NCBI GenBank assembly: GCA_019057865.1
Contig: JAHLWP010000005.1
Location: 64,001 to 128,000, forward strand
Source of the DNA: Promethearchaeota archaeon
GTDB lineage: Archaea; Asgardarchaeota; Lokiarchaeia; Sigyniarchaeales; SOKP01
Reading direction: 5' to 3'
DNA: 64,000 nt
Position numbers and translations under genes: made by a program. Below are positions 18,163 to 28,679 of the stretch, in pieces. The notes under the pieces were generated by a model that was given only the letters and a program-made list of their open reading frames with translations, was not told the origin of the DNA and did not search any database. Each line of letters starts with the position of its first letter. Position 1 is the first letter of the stretch.

Positions 18163-18321
18163 GAGTTAAGAGAAAGTAGTTTCATTACAATCAAGTCTAT
18201 TGTGGTTCAAACTTCAATTCTTGATTTATTTTTTCGAGAAATTCTTTTAAAATAAAAGGTTATCTGAGAACCATCATTATCTATCTTTAGAAATTAAATT
18301 TATAATGAAATATTATTTAAA

Positions 18322-19326
18322 ATGAATGAAAGTACCGAAAAGATTGAAAAAATTAAACTCTCAAAATATTTAGAAAAATATGTATCTCAAGATTTTCCTT
18401 ATAAAAATGACCTAATTGAATTAATTAAAATTATTTCCGAAGCTACAATTCCAATACGAGGATTACTTGAGAGAGGCATAACATCCCGGGAAATTCATTA
18501 TAGAATGGAAATTCCTATACCCCATGGCGATTCAATAAATATTTATGATGAGCAGCAAATTCATGAAGACATTCTCACACACTCAATAATCCTTAAAGCT
18601 TTGCAAGAAGGAGATGTAGATTTTGCATTCATTGCTTCTGAGGAGGCTGAACCTATTTTAGGTAATGGAAAATTCGGAATAACAATTGATCCTGTTGATG
18701 GTTCTTCAAATGTTGCGGTTAATAGAACAGTAGGTACAATTGTAGGAATATATTATGAAGGAAGAATACTTTGTTCATTTTATATACTTTATGGAATTTT
18801 TACAAATCTTATTCTTGCTATAGATGGAAAAGTTTCAGAATTTATTTTAGATTTAACTCCATATAGTTCAACTTTTTATCATTATGTATTTTATGGATAT
18901 TTATCCATGCCTAACAGAGAAGAGGGTGGGATTCGTGCAATGGGAGGCAATTCTTCACAATGGTCCAATAAATGCAGGAAATATAAACAATTATTAATTG
19001 AAAACCATTTTAAGGACAGATATAGCGGAAGTTTTGTTGGAGATTTTCATGCTGTTTTATATTACGGAGGCATTTATTCATACTTCCCTTGTCCAAAAGG
19101 TAAGATACGTTTGTATTATGAATGGGTTCCTCTTGCGTTTATTGCAAGAGCTTTAGGAGGAGACTTTTTAATAATTGGTGAAGGTACTCAGCTTGATGAG
19201 ACTAAGAATATGGAAGATATTGAACCTCTAACAAGAGAAAATATTCATAGAAATCATGCTATTACATGTGGAGGGCTTATCGGAAGTAAACAAGTAGTAA
19301 ATTGGTTTAAAAATATAAAATCTTAA
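18322..19326 (+). CDS. fbp: Class I fructose-1,6-bisphosphatase
   Basis: ASEE, IDPVDGSSN, VGTIVGIY, RYSGSFVGDFH, GKIRLYYE. Confidence 0.88.
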   Translation: MNESTEKIEKIKLSKYLEKYVSQDFPYKNDLIELIKIISEATIPIRGLLERGITSREIHYRMEIPIPHGDSINIYDEQQIHEDILTHSIILKALQEGDVDFAFIASEEAEPILGNGKFGITIDPVDGSSNVAVNRTVGTIVGIYYEGRILCSFYILYGIFTNLILAIDGKVSEFILDLTPYSSTFYHYVFYGYLSMPNREEGGIRAMGGNSSQWSNKCRKYKQLLIENHFKDRYSGSFVGDFHAVLYYGGIYSYFPCPKGKIRLYYEWVPLAFIARALGGDFLIIGEGTQLDETKNMEDIEPLTRENIHRNHAITCGGLIGSKQVVNWFKNIKS

Positions 19327-19355
19327 ATAACTCTTATTTTTAACATATAAATAGC

Positions 19356-19799
19356 TTAATATTTGATCACATTGCCACATGCAGGACATTTGGTAACAAA
19401 ATTTGGAACAATAATTCCACATTTGTCACATTTACGAATTATAGGTTTTCGATACTTAAAGTTTAGATTTACTGGTTTTATTTTTCTCTCCTGAGGTTTA
19501 ATTTTTTCAGATTCTGTTTTATAAAGTTTCTTTTCTTCTTCATAACTATAAATAGATTTCTTATCTCTTTTTGGGAATAATCGGGAATAAAAACTTGCCT
19601 TAGTAGTGCTAATTAATGGTCCAAGTACAAGGATGAATGCAAAAAAGAGGATTAAGAAAGAAATTAAAGGATTTATACCGATTTTATTTAGTAGAAAATA
19701 AATATAGATAAGAATCCCAATATAAAAAATCAATATGAGAAACCGAATAATCATTCCATTCTGAGAGATTTTTCTCTCTTTATTATTAACATTTGTCAT
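19356..19799 (-). CDS. Two-TM membrane protein with C-terminal zinc ribbon
   Basis: Two hydrophobic helices, a basic linker and CDKC-x9-CPAC. Confidence 0.75.
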   Translation of the reverse strand: MTNVNNKERKISQNGMIIRFLILIFYIGILIYIYFLLNKIGINPLISFLILFFAFILVLGPLISTTKASFYSRLFPKRDKKSIYSYEEEKKLYKTESEKIKPQERKIKPVNLNFKYRKPIIRKCDKCGIIVPNFVTKCPACGNVIKY

Positions 19800-19845
19800 A
19801 TATTTAAATTTAATTAACTTTGAGGGATATGATTATTATTTTAAA

Positions 19846-22104
19846 TTAAAAAAATTTATTAGAGATATATTGTATTGCTTCTTCTAAATCCTCTTTAGTT
19901 TTCTTAGTCTCTATTTCTTTTTCTATTTCTTCGAATATCACATCTTTTTCAGCCTCAGTTTGAAAAATTATTACTGAAAAAATATCATCCATATAGAATG
20001 GAAAGAATTCAGTACCTGAACCTTGAAAAAATTTCGAGAAAAACTCATAAAAAGTTAATCTAATAGAGTTTATGAAAACCAGTAGACCTTCGATTAAAAT
20101 CACTACAGCATTACCAAAGATTAATCCTAAAACTCTGAAAATTTCGATAAGTATTCCTTCTCCTTGAAGTATGTCTACCATTGCTTGAATGGCGATCAAT
20201 AAAGAAATATGCGCTAATGCTAATGCTAATAATCGAATGTAAGAAGCAACATTACTCATAATAGATAATACAGTTTCAAAAGCTTCTATTGTACCTGTAC
20301 CCATCAAAACACCAAAAGATTCATCTTTTAAATAAGTTATCCCTATTAATCTCCCCAATGGCTTCATTACAATTAGTAAAATACCTGGAATCAATGTCCA
20401 GAGAATTGGATAAGGGGGTTCCATCCAAGTATAGATATCAAATCCCCAAATAAAAATCAAATAAGTTCCCCCTGATAATAGAAAAATCTTCATTAAAGAA
20501 TCTGCTATGGCAATATATTTTTGTTTTTGCTTCCAATAATTTAAAAATTGAATAAACCAACCTAAATTCAATTGGATTACGCCAATCATAATGGCTGCCT
20601 TAAAAATAATCATTACATTTTCCATAGGATTGTTTAAACTAATATTTAGGAAGGGAATTATGTATGGTTTAAGAGCCATCCCAAAAATTTCCTCTGATCC
20701 GAAAAATTCTCCATATAAAATACCACCGATAACAGCACCCCATCCGCAGTAAAATATAATCCAACTCATTTTTCGCATATTACTTTTTTTAATAAAAATT
20801 CCACCTATAATTCCCGCTATAATTAAACATAAACCATGTCCAATATCTCCGAACATTAAGCCAAATATGAGAGGAAAAGTAAAAAATAAGAAAGGAGTTG
20901 GATCAATTTCTGAATATGCTGGAGTTCCATACATTTTTGTTAAGATTTCAAAGGGTCTAAACAGGAAAAAGTTTTTCATAATAGTTGGTGCTTCATTTCT
21001 TAAATCCTCTTCTTCAATTTTTTTCTCTGCCAACTGATTATTTTGATCAGTTAATTCAATTCTTTTTAATATCTTCTTTTCTACTTCAGGTGAAATTCTT
21101 TTCTTTTCACTAATAGAATGGTCTTTTGGTATATCTATTGACTCTATTATAATTTTATCTTTAAACTTTTTGATTAAGTCTTGTTCTACATCCTTTTTTC
21201 TATTAATTGGAATAAAAAATCTAAGAACTAATCTATCAGATGATATAACTTCAAATTGATGTTCTGCCCAATTATATTCTTCAATATTTTGAATAATCTC
21301 ATCAATGGCAGCAAATTTAAGTAAATTATCATCTCTTATCTGATTTTTTTCTTTTTCATATTTTCTTAAGGTATTTTCGATCATAATTAGTTCTTTATTA
21401 AATCTAGTGAAATTTACACCCTCATTTGTCAAATACTTTTTCAATATTGGGATTTCTTCTGCATGGATAAGATTTATTCGTTCGATTAAACCTTGTTCCT
21501 TATCTTTTGGATAAATAATAAAAAACACTAATCTATCCTCTGAGAGATTATAAGTTTTATAAATGTTAGGAATTGAAGAAAAATCAAAAAGAGTTTCTAG
21601 ATTTTCTATATTCTTAGTAAAAGTTGTAAATATTTTAAATTCGAGCTGATCAAAGGTTATTAAACTATTTCTTGTAATATTTAATTTCTCTAAAATTTGA
21701 TAGCTTTTTTCTAGAAAATTTACATTCTCTAATTCAATTTTAGCTCTCGCTATATACCTGTCTAATTCGTTAATACGATTCAAGTAGAAATTAATTTCTT
21801 CAGCAGTATGGTTAATTAATTCTTTTAAATCTTTTACAGCGAAATGTGTTCTCTCATCTTTTTTAACTTTTAATTCTTGGAAATTATATGCACTAATTTG
21901 TAATTTTTTAAATAAACTGTCTAGATTTTGTCTTAGTTGCTTTATTTTTTCTAATATAGGATCTTTTTCTTTTATCTTTTTTTTAGTTTTAGACAATGGT
22001 TTTATATGTACATTATTAATTTTAGAAAGTTGATTTATTAAAAGATCTTTTAAACTGCTGTTTACAGTAATCTTCAATAAACTCATCTGACTTTTTTGCT
22101 TCAT
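19846..22104 (-). CDS. atpI: A/V-type ATP synthase subunit I (a)
   Basis: YGTPAYSEIDPT, FGLMFGDIGHG, SNVASYIRL (essential Arg), EFFSKFF. Confidence 0.95.
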   Translation of the reverse strand: MKQKSQMSLLKITVNSSLKDLLINQLSKINNVHIKPLSKTKKKIKEKDPILEKIKQLRQNLDSLFKKLQISAYNFQELKVKKDERTHFAVKDLKELINHTAEEINFYLNRINELDRYIARAKIELENVNFLEKSYQILEKLNITRNSLITFDQLEFKIFTTFTKNIENLETLFDFSSIPNIYKTYNLSEDRLVFFIIYPKDKEQGLIERINLIHAEEIPILKKYLTNEGVNFTRFNKELIMIENTLRKYEKEKNQIRDDNLLKFAAIDEIIQNIEEYNWAEHQFEVISSDRLVLRFFIPINRKKDVEQDLIKKFKDKIIIESIDIPKDHSISEKKRISPEVEKKILKRIELTDQNNQLAEKKIEEEDLRNEAPTIMKNFFLFRPFEILTKMYGTPAYSEIDPTPFLFFTFPLIFGLMFGDIGHGLCLIIAGIIGGIFIKKSNMRKMSWIIFYCGWGAVIGGILYGEFFGSEEIFGMALKPYIIPFLNISLNNPMENVMIIFKAAIMIGVIQLNLGWFIQFLNYWKQKQKYIAIADSLMKIFLLSGGTYLIFIWGFDIYTWMEPPYPILWTLIPGILLIVMKPLGRLIGITYLKDESFGVLMGTGTIEAFETVLSIMSNVASYIRLLALALAHISLLIAIQAMVDILQGEGILIEIFRVLGLIFGNAVVILIEGLLVFINSIRLTFYEFFSKFFQGSGTEFFPFYMDDIFSVIIFQTEAEKDVIFEEIEKEIETKKTKEDLEEAIQYISNKFF

Positions 22105-22116
22105 AATAAATAACCT

Positions 22117-22776
22117 TTAACTCGGAATATTTCCTTTTTTATAAATCAAATCCTTAGTTTTTTTTAACCGCACAAAACTCTCTCTATCTATTTCTTCTAA
22201 TTTTCCTTTTATATCTTTGATATCAAATTCAAGTTTTGGAATTATAATATTTTTTAAACCATTTAATCGACGGTTTATTTTTTTAAAATTCATTGCATTT
22301 TTTAGTAAATAATCTTCTTTTTCTGCTAAAAGAAAAAGCCTTTCGAAAAACTCTTTTAATAGAATAATTAAATCATCTAAAAAGTGGCTTGTATATTCAA
22401 ACGAATATGCAGGTAACTGTTGTTTATGCATCAAACTATAATCTATTTTAGGATTAAAAATTCCCAATTCTTTAACATATTTAATATTAATGACGGGTTT
22501 CATTTGGATTTTAGTAATACCACTAATTAGAATAAAATCTCGTTTACCCATTTCTTTATATGTTTGATTTAATTTAATCATAGATTTTCTAAAGATTGCT
22601 AAAAATTTATTTCTACTTCGGGTATAATCAAGCCATAATTTCCTTATTTGTTGTATTAATTGTTCTCTCTTATATTCTAAAAAATTCTCACCTTTTAAAG
22701 CAAAATTTAATTTTTTTTGCAATTTTATAAGATTTGTTTTTGTAAGTCTAATTTTTCTAAAGCTGATATTTAACAC
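22117..22776 (-). CDS. atpD: A/V-type ATP synthase subunit D
   Basis: TKTNL..., LEYKREQL, RRLNGLKNIIIP, LEEIDRESFVRLK, and operon context. Confidence 0.9.
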   Translation of the reverse strand: MLNISFRKIRLTKTNLIKLQKKLNFALKGENFLEYKREQLIQQIRKLWLDYTRSRNKFLAIFRKSMIKLNQTYKEMGKRDFILISGITKIQMKPVINIKYVKELGIFNPKIDYSLMHKQQLPAYSFEYTSHFLDDLIILLKEFFERLFLLAEKEDYLLKNAMNFKKINRRLNGLKNIIIPKLEFDIKDIKGKLEEIDRESFVRLKKTKDLIYKKGNIPS

Positions 22777-24165
22777 CTAATCAATATAATATTTATTCAT
22801 AAAATGTTCATGTATTCTGAATAACTGACTTCTTTGCAAATCAGATAAAATTTTCCATGCTATAGATAAAGTTTGGGAAAAATTACGATTTTCATTTCTT
22901 TGCTGATTTAAAAATTTCTGCTCAAAATTGTCTCCAAATTTCAAAAGAACTTTTTGCTCAAAATTAAGTCCTTCCTCGCCAACGATTGATATAAGATCTT
23001 TTACATCGAGATAATCAGAATAGGAAGATAATAATTGAGAGCTTACATCTGCGTGATCCTCTCTTGTTGTTTTTTTACCAATAGCATCCTTCATTAGCCT
23101 TGATATTGAAGCTAAAACTTCAATTGGAGGGTATATACCTTTCTTGTTTAAATTACGATTAAGAACTAACTGCCCCTCAGTTATATAACCCGTAGTATCA
23201 GGTACGGGGTGAGTTATCGAATCCGACGGCATTGTTAAAACTGGAATTTGCGTGATTGATCCTTTTTTCCCTTTTATTTTACCAGTTCTTTCATAAATTG
23301 AAGCGAGATCAGAATATAAATACCCGGGATATCCTTTTCTACTTGGTATTTCTTCTTTAGCAGAACCCAACTCTCTTAAAGCTTCTGCATAATTGGTTAT
23401 ATCAGTTAGAACAACAAGTACATGCATTTCTTTTTCAAAAGCAAAATATTCAGCTGTTGTTAAAGCAACCCTTGGAATAATTAATCTTTCAATAACAGGA
23501 TCGTCAGCAAAATTAATAAATGAAATAATATTTTGAATATTTCCACTCTCTTTAAAGCGATTTAAGAAAAAAATTGCTTCATCTTGAATGATTCCAATTC
23601 CACAAAAAATTATTAAGAAAGGTTCCTCTGTTAATACTTTAGCTTGAGATACGATTTGAGCAACTAATTTATTATGTGGTAATCCTTGACCACTAAATAT
23701 AGGAAGTTTTTGTCCCCTTATAAGTGTGAATAAACCATCTATTGCTGATATACCTGTCTGTATTACATCTGAAGGATATTCTCTTGCATATGGATTAATT
23801 GGAGTTCCATATATATCTTTTTCAATATCTGCTATTATATCAGATTCTTTTAGAGATTTTTTAGATAAATCAATTGGTTTACCTAATGAATCAAAGACAC
23901 GTCCAAACATATCAAAATCAGATATTTTAATTTTGAAAGAATCTTCTGTAAATAAAATATTGGAATTTTCTAAAGATAAACCTTTTGTATCTTCAAATAC
24001 TTCAACAACAATTATCTCTTCATTCATTTTTAAGACTTGACCATTACGGGTTGTTCCATCATCGCTATAGATTTTAACAATCTCACCATATTTTACATCA
24101 TGATTATTTGACAAAAATAATAAAGGTCCTATAATCTCCTGTATTTTTCTATAAATGATGCTCAT
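22777..24165 (-). CDS. atpB: A/V-type ATP synthase subunit B
   Basis: GPLL, QTGISAID, RGQKLPIFSG, EEIPSRKGYPGYLYSDL, THPVPDTTGYITEGQ. Confidence 0.96.
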   Translation of the reverse strand: MSIIYRKIQEIIGPLLFLSNNHDVKYGEIVKIYSDDGTTRNGQVLKMNEEIIVVEVFEDTKGLSLENSNILFTEDSFKIKISDFDMFGRVFDSLGKPIDLSKKSLKESDIIADIEKDIYGTPINPYAREYPSDVIQTGISAIDGLFTLIRGQKLPIFSGQGLPHNKLVAQIVSQAKVLTEEPFLIIFCGIGIIQDEAIFFLNRFKESGNIQNIISFINFADDPVIERLIIPRVALTTAEYFAFEKEMHVLVVLTDITNYAEALRELGSAKEEIPSRKGYPGYLYSDLASIYERTGKIKGKKGSITQIPVLTMPSDSITHPVPDTTGYITEGQLVLNRNLNKKGIYPPIEVLASISRLMKDAIGKKTTREDHADVSSQLLSSYSDYLDVKDLISIVGEEGLNFEQKVLLKFGDNFEQKFLNQQRNENRNFSQTLSIAWKILSDLQRSQLFRIHEHFMNKYYID

Positions 24166-27100
24166 TACCTCTTAATACCCCCTGATGTCAATTTTAATGA
24201 TTGAATTTCTTTAAGCAATTTATCTTTAATATTTAGAATCTGATCAAAATCACTATTAGGGACTGAATGACTAACTCTCAAAATATCATTTATAACCTCA
24301 AAGTTCTTTATATCCTCGATAAAAAAGCCTTGTTTTAAAAGTTCTTTTGTTTCATCATTCAGCAAAAGAATTAATTTTATTTGTCCTAGCAATTTTTTAA
24401 TATCGGTATAATTATCAATATTATCAAATGCGTTTTGAATAAGAAAGCCTTCTCTAATTAGTCTTGATATAAAAAGTATTAATCTCTGTTCTTCTGGTAA
24501 ATTTTCTTCTCCAATTAATTGAGTGATATTTTTTAAATCAACCTCTTTTGACAATATTTCATTAACACGATTTCTACATCCAAACCAATCAATATCAATC
24601 TCAGGCCAATCAATATCTCGCTCATAATACCATTCTGAGATGTAATCAGGATAATTGGAATATGAATCAAGCCAGTTTATTGCGGGATAATGTTTTGAAT
24701 AAGCTAAGTTTGCATCTAAAGCCCAGTACGCTTGGACAAAACGCTTAGTAGTTGCAGTTACTGGTTCGCTAAAATCTCCTGCAGGAGGAGATACAGAACC
24801 AATTATTGTTAAAGAGCCTAAATTGTCTTTTCCCGAAGCACTGTTTCCAATGGTTTTTACAACACCTGCTCTTTCATAAAAACTTGATAATTTAGAAGGT
24901 AAGTATGCAGGATAACCTTCTTCTGCTGGCATTTCTTCTAATAATCCTGAAATTTCTCTTAATGATTCTGCCCATCTTGAAGTACTATCTGCCAAAACAG
25001 CAACATTATATCCCATATCTCTGTAATATTCTGCCATTGTGACTCCAGAAAAAATACTTGCTTCACGAGCGGATACTGGCATATTAGAAGTATTAGCTAT
25101 AAGTATTATTCGCTCTAATAGAGGACGTCCACTTTTTGGATCAATTATTTTAGTAAATTCTTTTAAAACATCAGCCATTTCATTACCTCTTTCTCCACAT
25201 CCGACAAACACTATTACATCCGCATTACACCATTTAGCTAAAGACTGTTGAATTACTGTGTTATGCAATATAAAGGGTGTGATTCCTCCTATAAAATTAT
25301 GTAATCCCTCAACAGTTAAATCATATACATCTATTTCTTTATTTAAAGCCTCAATTTTAACTACTTTATCAAAATATACATTCTTGCATGTTTCTATTAA
25401 ATTTTTAATATGACATAATATTTCATTATCAAATTTTTGCTTATTTTTTATTACTAGATTATATATTCTACTAAGCATTGTGAGTGATATTTTTTCGTCG
25501 GATTCAATATAATTCCGAAGTCTTATCCCCTCTACTTTTCTAAATAAATTATAACCCTCACTATCTTTTCCCTGTGATTTCAATGTGATTAACACTTGTT
25601 TATCCACGGGGATTATATCTAATCCATCAAAATGATTTATATTTTTATCAGAATATTCATACAATGGTTTAATTTTATCATATATATACACATCTTCATT
25701 TTGCATAATATTTGCTAATTTTTCTGAATGTTTTCCTTCAATATAAAAATAATATGAATTGTTCCTTTTTTTCACCCTATATAGTATTCCAAGTCTTGAA
25801 TGTAAATAACTAAGATCACTATATAATTTCTTACTGACTGTTGAAAATCCAACAGTGTACTTATGAAACCATCCATCTCCGGCAAAATAACCATTAAAAA
25901 AATGAATTAAAATATTTTCTGGCGATTTTAATAAACAGTTTGGGATAGATATTTTGTAAGTTTTATTTTCTTTTGGAATTCCTAGGAAATATAGGAATTT
26001 AACTAGTGTTGTATTCGATATTCTCATATATGGAGTCTTGTCTTCATCTTTACCGTATTTAGCTGTTAAATCAAATATCCTCTTTGATAATAACTTAAAT
26101 CTTTCTAGTATCTGTTTCGAATTATTATAAAGATAAACCCCACCATATTCTCCCTTTATATGACCATCAGCTGTGAATAACCCTAACCATTCAGCCAATT
26201 CTTTTGTTATCTTTCTTGGAAATTTAAAAGATTTTGATTGTCTTTCAGATTTTAAAAGCCTAACATCAATTGGGGGAATTCTAGCTAGTTTAGTTAATTT
26301 TTGTAGAAATTGCAAAGTAGGTTTATTTTTTCTTTGATAATACCATCTTAAGACATCATAAGACATTTCAAGTTTTTCTGCTAATTCTTTTAGAGTCATT
26401 TTATTTTTCAATAAATTAAGGACACAAACCATTTGATTTAGAGCTTTTTTGTCGACCACACGAAGCGAAATATCAAAATCATATGGATTTAATACTATTT
26501 CATGCCCAACTATATTAATCTTTCTTGGAACGGTAATAAAATCTCCAATTTTTATACTTTTTGATTCCACTCCTTGAATTTTTTTACCATTAAAAGCAAA
26601 TAATTTATGAACTGGAGTTATCTCTATTTTTCTACCTGTCCTTGTTGTTATTCTCACTAGTTTATCAGTTTTGCCCCGATATATATGTGTGGCACTCCTT
26701 TTTTCAAAATTTATCCCGTTAAATGATAAAATGTCAATTTTTTTTCTCAATCTGATAAGGGTTTCTTCTTTATTATCTAACTCAATTATACTATCTTGTT
26801 TGCAATATCTTTTGAAAAGTTCCTTTATTTCTACAATCCCCCCATTAGATATAAGTATTGGTGTTTCTCCTGTAATACACTTTCCTGTTCCAAAACCTCC
26901 AGGCACAGCAACAGTACCACCCATTGCTATAGGAAACAATAAATCAATAGTTCTTATTCCTGTGTATAATGGTTGGTTGGGAGAAATTCTATTCAAATAA
27001 GGTCTATTTGTAGTTACTGGCCATTTCTGCATCATGTTTAATGCTACTTCATTCTTCCCATTCTTTAACCTGTAAATTTCATCAATGATAGTACAGTCCC

Positions 27101-27632
27101 CCTCATCTACTATATATGATAGAATACCAGAATGTCGAGGAGGAATCATTATTTTATGTTCAATTAATGGTGTTTCTTGTACAGTACCAACAACATCTCC
27201 ACCAGATAATTTCTCATTTAATTTACTTGTTGGTATAAAATGCCATTTTTTTTTCCTCGATAATGAAGGAATTTCAATACCTCTCTCCATAAAACCTAGA
27301 CCCTTTGAATTTATGAATATTTCTTTCAGTGGTCTTTGAATTCCATCAAAAATATTTGACAGTAGGCCAGGAGCTAATTCCATAGATAGTGGTTCATGAA
27401 GATTTATAACTTTTTCAAATAACTTTAAATTATATAAATTTTCAAAACATTGAGCAACAACATGATCTGAATGAATATGTATCACTTCACCGATAATACC
27501 ATGCGAAGCAATTTTTATTAAGTCATGAAGTTTTATTTGATGCTCCAATCCTTTTATTTCAATTAATGAACCATTGATCGCAGATATATAACCTATATCA
27601 CTATTCTTTAAATTTTTGTTAGATTCTGTCAT
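24165..27632 (-). CDS. atpA: A/V-type ATP synthase subunit A, intein-containing precursor (~615-aa mature extein)
   Basis: FDGIQRPL, P-loop GGFGTGK|T split by the intein, GCGERGNEM, NTSNMPVSAREAS, EMPAEEGYPAYL. Confidence 0.96.
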   Translation of the reverse strand: MTESNKNLKNSDIGYISAINGSLIEIKGLEHQIKLHDLIKIASHGIIGEVIHIHSDHVVAQCFENLYNLKLFEKVINLHEPLSMELAPGLLSNIFDGIQRPLKEIFINSKGLGFMERGIEIPSLSRKKKWHFIPTSKLNEKLSGGDVVGTVQETPLIEHKIMIPPRHSGILSYIVDEGDCTIIDEIYRLKNGKNEVALNMMQKWPVTTNRPYLNRISPNQPLYTGIRTIDLLFPIAMGGTVAVPGGFGTGKCITGETPILISNGGIVEIKELFKRYCKQDSIIELDNKEETLIRLRKKIDILSFNGINFEKRSATHIYRGKTDKLVRITTRTGRKIEITPVHKLFAFNGKKIQGVESKSIKIGDFITVPRKINIVGHEIVLNPYDFDISLRVVDKKALNQMVCVLNLLKNKMTLKELAEKLEMSYDVLRWYYQRKNKPTLQFLQKLTKLARIPPIDVRLLKSERQSKSFKFPRKITKELAEWLGLFTADGHIKGEYGGVYLYNNSKQILERFKLLSKRIFDLTAKYGKDEDKTPYMRISNTTLVKFLYFLGIPKENKTYKISIPNCLLKSPENILIHFFNGYFAGDGWFHKYTVGFSTVSKKLYSDLSYLHSRLGILYRVKKRNNSYYFYIEGKHSEKLANIMQNEDVYIYDKIKPLYEYSDKNINHFDGLDIIPVDKQVLITLKSQGKDSEGYNLFRKVEGIRLRNYIESDEKISLTMLSRIYNLVIKNKQKFDNEILCHIKNLIETCKNVYFDKVVKIEALNKEIDVYDLTVEGLHNFIGGITPFILHNTVIQQSLAKWCNADVIVFVGCGERGNEMADVLKEFTKIIDPKSGRPLLERIILIANTSNMPVSAREASIFSGVTMAEYYRDMGYNVAVLADSTSRWAESLREISGLLEEMPAEEGYPAYLPSKLSSFYERAGVVKTIGNSASGKDNLGSLTIIGSVSPPAGDFSEPVTATTKRFVQAYWALDANLAYSKHYPAINWLDSYSNYPDYISEWYYERDIDWPEIDIDWFGCRNRVNEILSKEVDLKNITQLIGEENLPEEQRLILFISRLIREGFLIQNAFDNIDNYTDIKKLLGQIKLILLLNDETKELLKQGFFIEDIKNFEVINDILRVSHSVPNSDFDQILNIKDKLLKEIQSLKLTSGGIKR
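25260..26879 (-). mobile_element. Intein with LAGLIDADG homing endonuclease (540 aa) in the P-loop of ATPase subunit A
   Basis: Begins CITGET after GK, block B ITPVHKL, LAGLIDADG motifs LGLFTADG and FNGYFAGDG, ends VYDLTV...ILHN followed by extein Thr. Confidence 0.95.
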
Positions 27633-28341
27633 ATTCTCTTAAAAATTCATCAATATCAAGTTTTTTCTTTTGAATAAATTGCTCAAAATCTTTTTCTAAG
27701 TTTTTAACCTCAGATTCGCTGAAAACTCTTGAAAATTCTATTTCAATTAGAGAAGATTTTTTACTAATTAAATTATCAATTGAATAATCATAAAGAATAT
27801 CTTCATTTGGATTGATTACCTTGAACCCTCCAATAAAATCAGTAGTAGTTTTTGTAATCCCTACTTCATTCTTAAATATGTCCTCTATTTTAGCAAAATT
27901 TTCATTAAAATAATTAAAATCTGTGTTATTTAATAATATAGTAACTCTTGGTGGTTTATCGATAATAGGACTAACTTCTTTAATTAATAGAATTAAAGAA
28001 GTAATATAATAAGAGTACTCTTTATCTATTTTTTCTTTTATTAAGTTTTTCAAACTAATTTTTAATTCTTTGATTAATCTTTTCTTTAGATTTAAAATAC
28101 TTTCTTTTATATTTAAAAGTGTTTGGGATAATGCATTGTTTAAAAATTGATTATGTGTTTCAATAAATTGATCCCTTAATCTTTTAGAACTCTCAATATT
28201 TCTCTCAATATGTCTTTTTTTAATCTCTGCCTTTTGTAAAAGCATTTTCTGATTTATATCTTTAATTTCCTGTTGAGCTTTATTAATTAAATATAAACCT
28301 AATTTGCCAAATTGTTCTTTTAGTTCCTTATCTTCTGAAAT
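27619..28341 (-). CDS. atpE: A/V-type ATP synthase subunit E (likely ATT start at 28341; ORF track starts at 28245)
   Basis: C-terminal FIGGF...DYSID motif. The frame is open 32 codons upstream of the ATG (SEDKELKEQFGKLGLYLINKAQQEI), with GATGA 6 nt before the ATT. Confidence 0.8.
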   Translation of the reverse strand: MSEDKELKEQFGKLGLYLINKAQQEIKDINQKMLLQKAEIKKRHIERNIESSKRLRDQFIETHNQFLNNALSQTLLNIKESILNLKKRLIKELKISLKNLIKEKIDKEYSYYITSLILLIKEVSPIIDKPPRVTILLNNTDFNYFNENFAKIEDIFKNEVGITKTTTDFIGGFKVINPNEDILYDYSIDNLISKKSSLIEIEFSRVFSESEVKNLEKDFEQFIQKKKLDIDEFLREYDRI

Positions 28342-28355
28342 TTTTTATCATCTAT

Positions 28356-28679
28356 TTAAGATATTAATTTTCCTATAATTTTAAGAATTTTATTTAATAG
28401 AACATCTTCTTTTTCAATATTGGTTTCAAATAAATCTGGAAGGAAAAAAATAAATGGTCTTCGATTGTTTAATTTAAAATCAATTAAAAATTCAGTAACA
28501 TCACCTGGTAAGTCAATTGCTATAATGATCATCCCTATAGTAGGCTTTTTTATTAAATCATTAAATAATTGCATAAAATCATTAGCATTTTCGACAGTGG
28601 TCCCTTCAATTCCTAAGAGACCTAGCATTAATACGATCTCATCGTAACCTAGTACATGAATTTTCTGATCAACCATCAA
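28356..28679 (-). CDS. atpF: A/V-type ATP synthase subunit F
   Basis: KIHVLG-x2-IVLMLGLLGIEG, IGMIII, PFIFFLP and the C-terminal KIIG. Confidence 0.85.
   Translation of the reverse strand: MMVDQKIHVLGYDEIVLMLGLLGIEGTTVENANDFMQLFNDLIKKPTIGMIIIAIDLPGDVTEFLIDFKLNNRRPFIFFLPDLFETNIEKEDVLLNKILKIIGKLIS

Noticed and set aside
18140-18220. GGTTCAAA T-loop-like sequences suggesting a tRNA
   Set aside because: No acceptor, D or anticodon stems can be formed, and the first copy is endA coding sequence.
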